A stretch of DNA of 64,000 nucleotides from contig CDRNVI010000009.1 of the NCBI GenBank assembly GCA_977017575.1, positions 62,001 through 126,000 of the forward strand, in the 5' to 3' direction. This stretch comes from Paramoeba atlantica (taxonomy: Eukaryota > Protista > Discosea). Positions within the stretch are counted from its first letter, which is position 1. Every line of letters begins with the position of its first letter. The notes beneath the pieces are model-generated. The model saw only the letters and a program-made list of their open reading frames with translations, searched no databases and was not told where the DNA came from. Of the stretch, positions 44,006 to 55,085 are shown piece after piece. The translations under genes were made by a program, and so were the position numbers.

Positions 44006-45531
44006 GGGTAAAGGAGAGGAGGGGAATTAGGACGCGTTATGATGAAAAAGTTACAAAACGCGCGTATGTTTGCTTTAGAGGGATTTCTTTTCCCCTTTTC
44101 TTCTCCCGAAGAACTTCAAAAGATGGAAAGAAAAGAGTACACCCCCTTTCATTAATAAAGATAAATAAAAAAATATTTTCACTTCCGGCTTTGAAAATTA
44201 CTTAAAAATTATCGAAAAATTATCATTCTATTGTTACTCCTCCATGTCAGGTCGATCCTCTAAAAAGCGACCTCTTGATACATCCGGTGAAATAGTGAAG
44301 TACACTAGCATAGGCGGTCGTCCCTCATTGAAACGGATCGAAAAAAAGACCAAGTGGTTTACGAACCTTTTCCAACAGGGTGAAAATCACAATGAAATTG
44401 CTTCTACTTAGACTTTTGCAAAAGAGCACCTTTTCTCACTACGTAAATTGGAAGTGAACGTTAAATCTGCTAATGCAACACCAAAACTTTTATTGCCAAG
44501 TGGCATTGCACTAAGGATCAAGTAAACGCTACGATTAGTGCGTGGAAAAGGTTGCTATTATCAAAGATTCTCTCAGAGATTCTCAAAACAAAGCTACGGC
44601 ATGGGTACGTCGTCGAGAGCTTTTCTCGCACATAAATAATGATAGCATGGATGACTCCGAGGATGAGGAAACGTTAGACAACATTCCCGAAGATTTTGAC
44701 AACCAGTTGTCCGTTGGATTTGAAGCTTTCTGTGCAATATAGATTCTGTGGGGAACAAATTGTGTTGGAGGTGTGAAAGGCTTATAAGGTTTTATCGGTG
44801 AGCGTTATTGTCTTGTTTTTTCCCTTCGTATGTAAGTATGTTTACTTCTGATCTTCTCTTATTGTGTTCACAAATAATGATAATAATAATAATGATAATC
44901 ACAGAAAAATTGCGGTGGTTGTATAACTACCGCTCTTCCCTCGATTATTGAAAAAAAAGTGAACAAAAACAGTGAAAATATAAAGGGGAACACAGTATTA
45001 TAATAGAAGAAAAAAATATAAAAGGGGGCTTCGGTGGTCCAAAATAGAAAAAAAAATTGAAAAAAATGGGCGGTCTAGGGGGGTCCAAGGGGGGGGGGCA
45101 TGGGGGGGTCCATGGGGGGGCATACGTCAAGAATTTTTTTTTGAATTTTTTGCTTTTCAAAATCGAGTGCAGGGAAGTGGTAGAGTAGGCCGCGGCGATA
45201 ATTCCCCCACCCCCTGGGGGTACCCCCCCTGGTATGCGCAGGAGGGGTCCGCCAAGGTCAAAATTTACGAATTTTTTGGGGTGACCAAAAAAATTTTTTT
45301 TGACCCAAAAAAAAGCAAAAATATTATTTTTCCAGAATCGACTCCTAAAACGTATTTTAAGAGTTTTGCACCTCAGCTACCATTCTACGCCGTTTTTTTC
45401 AACAGATTCGACTCCTGCCGCTACTGGTAAGGTATCAAAAACTTCCCAAATTCGCGGTAAAATTTCGCAATTTTTGTCGAAAAATCGAGGGTTTTCACCC
45501 AAAAAACTAGATTATTCATGATCTTTTCGTG

Positions 45532-45655
45532 ATTTTTCTTTTTTAGGCTCTTCGTTAAGCGCGGTGGTAGTTTTCAACGAGAAGCGCGCAGCATGAGTGA
45601 CTTCTAAGTTGAAAACAACCACCGCGTTTGACGAAGAGCCTAAAAAAGAAAAATT
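45532..45655. repeat. ~125-bp hairpin repeat
   Basis: Same arms, loop and orientation as the 34.7-kb copy. Confidence 0.85.
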
Positions 45656-45811
45656 ATTATTATCATTATTTATGAGAGGGGGTGTACTGATAAGAAAGAA
45701 TAGCGGATTACATCTACCACCCACCCTTACCCATTCCCAGGTAAAACAAGAAAGTGCCTTACTTTTTAAGAAAGAAAAAGTACCCCTTTCCCTCTTAAAG
45801 GGTTTCCCATC

Positions 45812-47215
45812 TCACCACTCCATCTTCGCCGGACTCTCCGGCACCACCATTACACCGTGAGAGAGTACCCCCACAGGCTTTCCTTTCCTCCCCCCGGAAC
45901 TCCCACCCCTTCGTGGGGTGTCATACCCCCCACGCGGGGAGTTCCCACAAAACAACGATAACGAGGAAGAAGGAGGAGGAGACAGCGATAAGGAGACGTT
46001 CTCTCTCCACCTTCTCTCTCCTTTATCTTTTTTATTTCCTTCTCCTTCCCCCTTTTCTTGATTCCTCTTTCCCCTTTTCGTATTGGGCGAAGGGGAGAGA
46101 GGAAACCCTCTTTGTGTCTCACCATAGAATCCATAGGCTGGATTTCTATCCCTTCCCGCGTCCTCTGTTTTAGTATTTTCATGTCGATACGCTTTCGGGT
46201 ACCGCTGGGTCCCGCTGGGGTAGCGAGGGGAGGGGGTTGCGGGGACCAGCACCTGGCTGCCCCGTTTAGCGTGGGGCTGAGCAGAAATCCCGCGCTTGGG
46301 GGTTTGTTGGCTTCCTGGGGTTTGCAACGGCCCCATTTCACCATACTCACGAGGGGAAGCTGAGTTTTGCGAAAAACAACGCAACATTTTGCTTTGCGTG
46401 TTTTGAGTGTATTTGATTAAACGTTTTTGAGGCGTTTGATGTGATTTTTCGTGGGTTTCTCCAAATAAGGAAGTTTTTGGAGTATTTGGACTTAAGGAAA
46501 CTTTTGGAGTATTTGGACTTAAATTTGTGGGGGGAGGGGGGAGAGAGGAGGGAGGAGAGGGAGAAAGGAAAGGGGTGGGAGCATGTGGAGAGGTCGGGTG
46601 GTGGGAGATGGCGGGTGGTGTAGGATTTGGAGAACTTTGGGAAGGTTTTTTGTGATTAACCTCTGTTTGGCGGCTATTAGATTTTTCTGCAATGGATTTC
46701 GTTGTGGTTGGAGAATAGGATGGTGTAGGAGTAGCAGCTGTTGTTTTTGTGCTAGAAATCGTTGCATTTATTTTCGGTTTGTTAGCGGCAGAATCTTGGA
46801 CTTCCTTTATTTTACTCTGCGAAGTATTGGCATTCGATGCATTTTCTGCTCGTACCCGACGCGTGATCAGATACACCCCTGTGTGCCGGCGTACTTTCTC
46901 CGCAAAAGTGCTCACATTGGGGTTTTCTAGTGGTCTATTTTTAGTGCTCTGAGAAACATCCTTTTGATTCGCGTTCTTTGCTTCACGACCGCGTTGTTGA
47001 GAAAGCGACGAATCTAGAAAACTACGTGCGAGATAATGCGCCGCTGTTTCCCCTTGATTTCGGAGCTGCATTGGGGCCACAGGTTGAAGGACGGAGACAG
47101 GGGAAGGGGCATTTTTTTGGGAAGTGGATTTTATCGACCCCTTCTTGCTGTTGGGTTGTGCAGTGGTCGAGGAAGTAGCTACCGGATGGGAGGCCTCATT
47201 GTTGGGCTCTTCCAT
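45812..47215 (-). CDS. Hypothetical S/T/P-rich low-complexity protein
   Basis: 467-aa ORF on the gene-cluster strand, with many S/T-P motifs and no recognisable domain. Confidence 0.6.
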   Translation of the reverse strand: MEEPNNEASHPVATSSTTAQPNSKKGSIKSTSQKNAPSPVSVLQPVAPMQLRNQGETAAHYLARSFLDSSLSQQRGREAKNANQKDVSQSTKNRPLENPNVSTFAEKVRRHTGVYLITRRVRAENASNANTSQSKIKEVQDSAANKPKINATISSTKTTAATPTPSYSPTTTKSIAEKSNSRQTEVNHKKPSQSSPNPTPPAISHHPTSPHAPTPFLSPSPPSSLPPPPTNLSPNTPKVSLSPNTPKTSLFGETHEKSHQTPQKRLIKYTQNTQSKMLRCFSQNSASPREYGEMGPLQTPGSQQTPKRGISAQPHAKRGSQVLVPATPSPRYPSGTQRYPKAYRHENTKTEDAGRDRNPAYGFYGETQRGFPLSPSPNTKRGKRNQEKGEGEGNKKDKGERRWRENVSLSLSPPPSSSLSLFCGNSPRGGYDTPRRGGSSGGRKGKPVGVLSHGVMVVPESPAKMEW

Positions 47216-47534
47216 ATCGTCCTACTGGTGAACTGTATTTACAACCTTTTGTCTTCTGAAGACGAAGACAATGGATTACTGCCGGATGGCTCTATATTCC
47301 CAAGTCATAGTGCAGAAGAAAAAAGGCACTAAATTAGAAGAAAAAACGTTAAGAGGCGTAATCACTTGCTGGGTAGTGCCAACATATCAACCTTAAAAAC
47401 AATCTTGTTGTAAAGTATTTTGTTTGCATTTTCTTGATCTCTATAATTGTACTCACTCAAGCAGCCAAGGCAAGCAAGATTTTAAAATCTCATTCCAACA
47501 GCCGATATGTAAAATAAACCTGTACCGCAATTTT

Positions 47535-49220
47535 TTATGCTCCATCATTCGACGCCGCATCGCCATTCTCTCTAGACGCATCTTCGTTATTCTTTTCTGC
47601 CTCAGTAAAATCGTGCGTGGGTTCTTCACCATTTCCACTTTTTGCATCATCCGACACCTCTTTCTGACGTAAACCTTCTTCACAAGTTTTCTCTGAACGT
47701 TCCCTGTTTTCCGTATCCTTTTCCACATCATTGGAGGCTTCCCCTTCCCCTGTAGCCGATGGTTCCAAATCCTCTCGGTTGGCATAGTGCTGTAACTCTG
47801 TGAAACCCTCGTCCCGTAACGCATCCACATGCGCATTTACGAGATTCAGCGCAATCTCCGGGTAAGACCCCATCAACAACGCTACCCTAGGGTGTTCGGA
47901 ACCCATACGAATCAACTGCTCCAGCAACAGCGGCGACAACGGAACCCGCATCGCACTTGCACGAAGTAATCCATGAAACAGCATCCCTTCGGAATCCACC
48001 ATATCCTGAACCAACCGTTCCGCCTCCTCCTGCGTCTCCGGCATGGACATAAATTCCACCCCAAGACCATCTTCTTCATCCTCATCCTCATCTTCATCCC
48101 CCTCCTCCCCTTCTGCACCAAAAAACACACGCATCATTTCAGCGGCGTGCTCCTCCTCCTCCTCCTCCTCCTCACTTTCACCCCCCTCCCCTACTCCCCC
48201 CCTTCCCCTCCCTCCCCCCTCTCGATCCACATCCATACCCAACCCACCCCCCAGCATCGGAAGATCCGTTCCTCTACCAACAGGATCTGAATCCTCCCTT
48301 CCTCTTCTTCTCCTTCTCCTTACCCCCATCGGAGCTGAAGGATTCAAAGGGTCCATCATGTGACCCAAGGCCTCCATGTTGGTTTCATGGGGATAGGCAT
48401 CCCTTGGGTCACTACCACGACCCCTACCACCACAGCTCTCCCCCCGCAGTAGCCGCTGGAGGGCCCGATGGAGATTTCCCCCGGCGCGGTGTAACGCCTC
48501 CTCCGCGAGGAGTGCGGGGAATCCCATCTCGGTGAGTTGCGAGAGGTGGGCGTTGTGAGATGGGGGAGTGTGGGTAGGGGAGGGGGTAGCCGTACTAGTA
48601 CCCGAATGACTTGTATTCGTGGTACTTGTATTCGAAGTACCCGTACTTGTATTCGAATGACTTGTATTCGTATTCGTAATACTTGTATTTGTATTTGAAG
48701 TACCCGTATTCGAATTCGAAGTACCCGTACTTGTATTCGAAGTACCCGTACTTGTATTCGAAGTACCCGTATTCGAATTTAGATTTAGATTTCGATGTGT
48801 AGGATTTGTAGCATTGGAGGCTTGTGATCCCGCCGTTACGGGAGCCATGCTAATGTAGGGGATAGCATGGGAGGCCTCTGTGGGGGGTTGTGAGAGTGTA
48901 GAGACATCTCCATTTGGGGTAGAGGTGGAGGGAGAAGAGGGTGAAAGGGTGGGTGGGGGTTTGTTGTTTATGGAGGTAGATGGGGTTTTCGGAAGAGGCT
49001 TTCCGACGGCGACCAGGGTGTCGTTTTCGGAGAGCCCGGCTTGGAGGATGGTGTGGTGGGGTTTCAGCACGGTGCCTTTGAAACAGAGTTTTAGAGAGGC
49101 CTCTTCAAGGGAGGCTTTTGCGGCGACAAGGGATTGGACGGTACGGATGGTGTCGCTGAGCGGGTCTTGAAGCTCAATGTAATCAAGCTGGCCGGTGACC
49201 CGGCGAAACGCAAGTCGCAT
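47535..49220 (-). CDS. RAD23: RAD23-like UBL-UBA-STI1 ubiquitin shuttle
   Basis: N-terminal UBL (LKLCFKGTVLK..HTILQAGL), UBA (LSQLTEMGF...AEEALHRAGGNLHRALQRL) and an XPC-binding-like segment (LLEQLIRMGSEHP). Start taken at MRLAF. Confidence 0.8.
   Translation of the reverse strand: MRLAFRRVTGQLDYIELQDPLSDTIRTVQSLVAAKASLEEASLKLCFKGTVLKPHHTILQAGLSENDTLVAVGKPLPKTPSTSINNKPPPTLSPSSPSTSTPNGDVSTLSQPPTEASHAIPYISMAPVTAGSQASNATNPTHRNLNLNSNTGTSNTSTGTSNTSTGTSNSNTGTSNTNTSITNTNTSHSNTSTGTSNTSTTNTSHSGTSTATPSPTHTPPSHNAHLSQLTEMGFPALLAEEALHRAGGNLHRALQRLLRGESCGGRGRGSDPRDAYPHETNMEALGHMMDPLNPSAPMGVRRRRRRGREDSDPVGRGTDLPMLGGGLGMDVDREGGGRGRGGVGEGGESEEEEEEEEHAAEMMRVFFGAEGEEGDEDEDEDEEDGLGVEFMSMPETQEEAERLVQDMVDSEGMLFHGLLRASAMRVPLSPLLLEQLIRMGSEHPRVALLMGSYPEIALNLVNAHVDALRDEGFTELQHYANREDLEPSATGEGEASNDVEKDTENRERSEKTCEEGLRQKEVSDDAKSGNGEEPTHDFTEAEKNNEDASRENGDAASNDGA
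48596..48778 (-). repeat. 21-bp coding repeats (TSTGTSN-like) in the RAD23 linker
   Basis: Iterated GTACCCGTACTTGTATTCGAA. Confidence 0.85.
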
Positions 49221-49348
49221 GAAGAAAAAAATACAGATGTAGATCAAAGTTTTAGGTTAAAGTTTTGCAGGTTGAGAAAAAAGCGAATAAATTAGAGTGA
49301 TATTTCATGAGCGCTGTAAGTCCCACAGAATTGTCAGTTTTTCAATTA

Positions 49349-49654
49349 CTGTGACCCCCCCTTTATACTTCGCCCGTTTCGAGCAGTAACGAAGTATAAT
49401 GGGGGGAGGTCACAGTAATTGAAAAACTGACAATTCTACGGGAATTGCTCATCCAGTTTTCCTGTCTTTTCTTTTATATCACCTTCCATTTCTAGAAGGG
49501 AAGACTTAGAACGTTCTTGTTTTCGTCTAAAAAAATTGAAAAAATGCGAAAATTAAAAAAAAATCATCCCCCCTTCGGGGGGGGGGGGGGGGCAAAAAAC
49601 GAAGTATAACGGGGGGGGTCTGACCAGCGAAGTATAAAGGAGGGGGGATAACAG
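49349..49654. mobile_element. TA-flanked MITE (CTGTGACCCCCC family)
   Basis: TIR plus internal CGAAGTATAA repeats; related to the sequence at 1098-1800 and ~9920-10007. Confidence 0.7.
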
Positions 49655-49694
49655 TAACTAAAAATTGTACCAAAGATTATACTGTACCCTCCTA

Positions 49695-51257
49695 CAGTGG
49701 TGTTCAGCCTCTTTTACCCCCCCCCCCCTACAGGTCTTGTATTTTGTCCGATTTTGGAAATATTTGGTATAACACCGTTTTTCGACCCAATCGTTCCGAA
49801 TCCGAAGTCCTTTTCACTCGAGCGACCCTCTACCCCCCCTAGCCAGGTAGGGGTCAAAAAAGCTAATTGCGGCTTTTTTCGGGGCATTTTTTCGAATTTT
49901 TCGGATGAATATGAGTAGTAAAGTAGGTCAGAAGACGTGGAAAAAGAGTACAAAGTAATCTCTTTTTCATTTAGTCATATGCCCTTTGGCCTCCTTGACC
50001 AAAAGTAAACGTTTACGATAGTTCCGGAAGATATTCTTAAACGTTTCCGGTTGATCTTCGGAAAAAAACGAAAAGTTTCAATGATGGACTCCGAAGTTGA
50101 GTCCTGTTTCGGGGTTTCAGCACATCCTTTACGCGGCGAGACATCGCTGCCCACGCCGTTTCAACGGGGTTTAAATCAGGGGAGAGAGGGGGGAAGTCAA
50201 GACGACGTTTCAGATACTTTTTTTTAACAATCGAGTGGGTGGGGGCGTTGTCCATTTGTAGGATGGGCTTCCGGTGCGAACGAAAAAAACTGGCCATGCC
50301 ACTTTCTTCAAAAGCCAGTAAAATCTGTTCGGAGTTAACAGAAGCACCCTGTTCTCCCTCAAAGATGAAGAAGAACAGACCGTAGTTATAGGAATACCCC
50401 ATCCACACCATTATCCCTCTCCCCCCAAAATGTTTTCCCCGCCGGTCCGATTGCCTCAGACACCTCGGTGCTCGCTTGCGACCGACGTAAAAATCGGTGT
50501 TTGACCCCGCACAGCACCTGAACAGTTTTTCGTCGGTAAAAACAATGTTCAGGTAGTCAGCGTCACTCCACTTAAGCATGTCCTTCACATACTTAAGAGG
50601 GAGTTGAATGTGACGCGGTTTGAGACCAAGGTCTTTGGCCTTGCGAAGGCGCCCATAGCCCTTAAAATTAAGAGCTCGCCGGACACTACTCAGGGAGCTT
50701 CCGTGATTGCTTCGCACCTCGCGATGCACGACAGAGAACGTAGGACAACCCTCCACGGTATCCTTCGACACTCTCCGGCACGCAGAAACACATGCTTCAA
50801 CGTACCTTTGTGTAAGGACCGTACGCACCCCCTCGCGAGGTGGAGTACTGACATGCCCGTGCTCCTCATACTTCCGCACCCAATACTTTACAGTCCTGGG
50901 GGCAAGCTTATGGAGTTTTGCGACTGCCTTATAGGACTTAAGTCGCTCGTAATCGATTACGAGTGCCGTGCGCATCTCGGGGCGCACGCGGGAGGAAGGT
51001 AAACACAGAGGGCGGTGCCTCTTCGTCATGAATCACCAATAAATGTACCAATTTTGAAAAAAATGTACTCTGTGAAAAACAAATCGACTTTTTTGCAGTT
51101 TTTTTTTCCGGTTTAGGTATGATACAGGTGTCCACGTGTGAAAAGGACCTCGGATTCGGAACGATTGGGTCGAAAAACAGTCCCATACAAAATATTTCCA
51201 AAATCGGACAAATTACAAGACCTGTAGTGGGGGGGTAAAAGAGGCTGAACACTACTG
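49695..51257 (-). mobile_element. Tc1-like element with ~130-bp TIRs
   Basis: TA|CAGTGGTGTTCAGCCTCTTTTACCCC...GGGGTAAAAGAGGCTGAACACTACTG|TA. Confidence 0.93.
50037..51029 (-). CDS. Tc1/IS630-like transposase with D29E spacing
   Basis: HTH domain, VFTDEK, IMVWMG, LQMDNAPTH and FPPLSPDLNPVE. The C-terminus may be frameshifted. Confidence 0.9.
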   Translation of the reverse strand: MTKRHRPLCLPSSRVRPEMRTALVIDYERLKSYKAVAKLHKLAPRTVKYWVRKYEEHGHVSTPPREGVRTVLTQRYVEACVSACRRVSKDTVEGCPTFSVVHREVRSNHGSSLSSVRRALNFKGYGRLRKAKDLGLKPRHIQLPLKYVKDMLKWSDADYLNIVFTDEKLFRCCAGSNTDFYVGRKRAPRCLRQSDRRGKHFGGRGIMVWMGYSYNYGLFFFIFEGEQGASVNSEQILLAFEESGMASFFRSHRKPILQMDNAPTHSIVKKKYLKRRLDFPPLSPDLNPVETAWAAMSRRVKDVLKPRNRTQLRSPSLKLFVFFRRSTGNV

Positions 51258-51889
51258 TAGTTTAACTAAGTTATCTGTCACTACTTTTCTTGAAAAGGTA
51301 TCCGCCCCAAGACCATTATATCGATGGGTTCAAGACTACGACAGCATTTCTTCTGCCGCTCCAAAGAGCACGCGTTTCACGTCAAAGATCACACCCCTCT
51401 AAAATCTCTGGTTTACTCCTAGATGGAGGAAAAGGAGCAATTTACAATAAAGCAAGTTGAATCCTACGTGGTAAGCATTACTTAGAACTACTAGATTTGA
51501 GGGGAAAATACATGCAAATGTTGGATTCGGAGAGTAGTCAAGGTCAATGGATACTCTCGACGTCTTGCACAAGTGACGTGGTACAGCCCCAACCAAGGTA
51601 TATGTATGTATAGTGTTTATACAATGTATGTATTGGATAAAAAATATATATGGTTCTCATATCATATTTAATACATATTATACGGATCCTAACACCTACA
51701 TTCAAGAACATGAAAAAGTAAATGTCGACAACTTAAATATTGAATCCGATGATGTCGTGGTAGAATTCTCCTTTGAGACCGACACCGAAAAGAACGGACC
51801 GAGTGAAGAAGTCGTTTATTTAATAGAATGCGATTTACTTATAGGTCGACAGAGAATAATAATAAGAGGGAGAAGAAGAAGACTTCTTC

Positions 51890-52110
51890 TCGAACAACGG
51901 AGCATGCCTTGGACGAGGGAGTCATGTACTTGGAGGAATTTTTGACCACGCTTTTTAGGCGTGTTCCCACAGTTCTATCATTTTTAAGGAAAGGTCTGGG
52001 TGACCCGCAGTGGCTTTTTTGAGCTCAACCTATAGGTGAGTCCGTGGGATTTAAATTGGGAGACTGTGGAGGCCAGTCTAGGGCGCACAACTCTTGCAAA
52101 AATTAAGAAT
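51890..52110 (-). pseudogene. Decayed fragment related to the 16303-17259 Tc1 transposase
   Basis: Translates QELCALDWPPQSPNLNP and is co-linear with ~17065-17270. Confidence 0.8.
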
Positions 52111-52367
52111 TTCACGAGCCCTACACCCCCGTTCCCCTGTTTTGCCCGGTATTATGTGAAAAAAAAAGTTTCTGCTTGGGTCTAAAGTGTTTTTTGCGCA
52201 TAATTAGGTGATGTCCTACCAGGGAAAAATATGCCTATAGTCCAACAGCATGTGATAAACGTGGGATGAAGACATATTATTAATAAAACGGAGTCTTAAA
52301 AACGCAGTATTCTTCATAGAATAAATAATCAGGACATTTCAAAAGAGAAATGGAAGATAGTAATATA

Positions 52368-53441
52368 CAGGGTTCGCAGAAACTATAATATAGTAAAATA
52401 TAGTTTTTTTCATTGAATATAGTTACTATATAGTACTATATTTACTATATTTTACTATAAAACTATAAGAAAACTATAAAGTTTTTTTCACTTTACAAGT
52501 GATATTTTTTGAGTCCTCTCCGCTTGTGAAGGACATACACAAGCCTCTACATGCGTTCTTACACGCTTACATACGTATGATATGACAAGAAATTCTGAAA
52601 AAAATGTAACCCAAGCTAAAGTGGACGAGGGAGATACTAAAAGCACCTTTAAACCACCATAAAAATGGAAGGGTGTGTCCCTTAAAGATTCTTTTGGCAC
52701 GTCGGGATCCTTTACAAACCGGGAGATATCATTCCATTTTTGTGGTGGTTTAAAGGTGCTTTTAGAACCTCCCTCGTCCACTTTATCCTGGGTTACATAG
52801 CTATCGAAACATCCTCCCTCTTCCCCGCGATTCCATCACCGCCGAAAAATATCATCAACTAGCGTGTCATCTCCTCGGAAATAGCAATGAAACGCATGCG
52901 AAAGGAGTGACGATAGGAAGTACAAACTCTCCACTCGACAACACACCGCGTAGTTTATTCAGACTCATATGATTGTATTTATTCAAACTCATAGAATTGT
53001 GAGCAGCAATTATTCAGTCCCAAGACATAACGTCGGTGGCTCCAGCCAACGCGCGGCGACAACGATGCAGTGAGAAGATGTTCGGGACGCAAGATTCGCA
53101 CAAGGCAATCTGTCAAGGCCACGCGATGGGACTGGGGTACGTCCCCTCCTGACACAAGTTACATTCAACCGCTTGTTTACTTCCCTCCGTGTGCAGCAGT
53201 TCAATAAAATAATCTTTGCAGAAACTACCCCTCGTAACTTTAATTTCGGGCATCAATTTTCGGGTTTAAAAATAAGAAAAATCATACACAAATGAATTCG
53301 CCGTGTATTTATGGCGTATTGGTGAGCTTCGGAGTGCTTAAAATGTGAAACAAAAAAATATAGTTTTTTATAGTTTTCGAAAAAAGTTTATAGTAACTAT
53401 ATAGTACTATATTGATAGTTTTATAGTTTCTGCGAACTCTG
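52368..53441. mobile_element. Non-autonomous hAT element with 8-bp TSD
   Basis: TIR CAGGGTTCGCAGAAACTATA / TATAGTTTCTGCGAACTCTG. Perfect TSD GTAATATA. Confidence 0.92.
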
Positions 53442-54194
53442 GTAATATACATAAAATGTAAATTCTGAGAAAATAACCTAAAAAAACGAAAAAACAACAA
53501 CAATTCGTTACTGAAAAACGTGGAAAAAACGAACTTTTTTTGCTTAGCCACCACAGCTGAAACAAAGGGTGAAAAACGCATTTTTTACACGCTCTGGCGA
53601 ATCACTTACGTACTTTGCTTAAAAGAATTATTCGAAAAGCTCATTTAGTGCGTTTAATCAATTGCGGGCAAAAAAGTGGAACAGGGGTGTACACCCCCGC
53701 TAATATATTTCTATAAATGGGTTATTTTTCGACTTTTATAAAAATATATAATTTATAAAAAAAATGCTTCCTTGTATAATTTATAAAACTTTTTTTGAAA
53801 CTTGAAAAACGGAATAATAGTGTGTTTCCGGAATAAGTGTTTCCGGAATAATAGTAAAAAACGGAATAATAGGTGTGCGGGGGGTTTAACTGCCTATTGT
53901 TCTAGAAATGTGTCGAAATGTGTTTTAGAAATGTTGAAACTATACATGATCCTATATTTTCTTCAAAACTGAATAAAAAAAGATTACCGGTTTTTGCATT
54001 TTTGCCGGGATGCTGACTAATTTTGTGTTCCCCTATATGTACAAGTGCAATTTCAAGTTAATAAAACTTCAAAAAAAGTGAAGCTGAAGTTTGTTGCAGG
54101 TAGTGTTGTTTAGAGGCCACAAGGAATTCAATAGAATAAAAATATATGCTCTCTTTACAAAAATTGTAAGCAATATTTATAATTTTAAAAGATT

Positions 54195-55085
54195 TTACTC
54201 ATTCTGATTTGTGACACTGATCTTCGTGTTTTCGATACTGAGTGTAAGAGACGCGGGGAGACGATTAAAATCAATCTCACCGTAAAGTTCAGCATTCTTA
54301 TTGAGAATCAGTAGTCTTATTCCTGGAGGAAGGTTGCAAAGCTCCACTAAGCCTTTAAAGCAATTGTCTTCGCAACTGAAGTATGCCAAGGAAGGAGGCA
54401 AATGTTGGAGGTCAAGGGTCCCACTGAATCTGTTTCGAGATAAATCAAGAAATCGAATAGTTTGAGGGAGACAATGGAGTTCAACATCACCATAAAGCTT
54501 TTCAACGCTATTCATAGAGTAGATTGACAACGACGTCAAGCGCAAAGGCAAATGGCACAAATCTACCCCCCCTTCAAACATATTCTGGTCCAAATAAATC
54601 TCACCTAATCGATGCGGTAACTGACTAAATTCAAGCTGACCTCTGAATAAATTACTCTTTAGATTAAGATACGAAAGCTCACTAGGGAAAACATTGAACG
54701 GAAGAATCCCAGATAACTGATTGGCGTACAGCAAAATTTTTATCACTGTATGAGGCAACCGTTCCCAGCGTAATAAACCCTCATAGCCTAGTCGACTCCA
54801 GTCAATACCTGTCACATAGCCATCAAGATTGCAATTCATGCCATTCCACTGACACGCCGGTATGGAAGTGTTCCAGGAGAGGTGCGGATTTTCAATGTTT
54901 TCAACAAATCCCGCAAGTTCATATTCCTGTGGTATTTTTGCTCCTCGTACCTTCGCCGTACGACGGGCTTCAGGGTTTGCCTTATCACTTAATGTGGTGT
55001 CTCCTTCGTTTCGTTCCTTTGTCACGGGCGGTTGTGTATCTGCTAGATGAGCGTGATATATTAGTGTCGTGAAGCACATATACAT
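54195..55085 (-). CDS. Leucine-rich repeat protein
   Basis: LADTQPP leader, KVRGAKIPQEYEL, CQWNGMNC cap and LRRs. The likely start is MYMCF (55085); the ORF is open to 55208. Confidence 0.9.
   Translation of the reverse strand: MYMCFTTLIYHAHLADTQPPVTKERNEGDTTLSDKANPEARRTAKVRGAKIPQEYELAGFVENIENPHLSWNTSIPACQWNGMNCNLDGYVTGIDWSRLGYEGLLRWERLPHTVIKILLYANQLSGILPFNVFPSELSYLNLKSNLFRGQLEFSQLPHRLGEIYLDQNMFEGGVDLCHLPLRLTSLSIYSMNSVEKLYGDVELHCLPQTIRFLDLSRNRFSGTLDLQHLPPSLAYFSCEDNCFKGLVELCNLPPGIRLLILNKNAELYGEIDFNRLPASLTLSIENTKISVTNQNE

Noticed and set aside
41553-48363. Numerous short plus-strand or alternative-frame ORFs overlapping PAP, RAD23 and the low-complexity gene
   Set aside because: They are shadows of real genes in GC-rich, low-complexity sequence and have no independent motifs.
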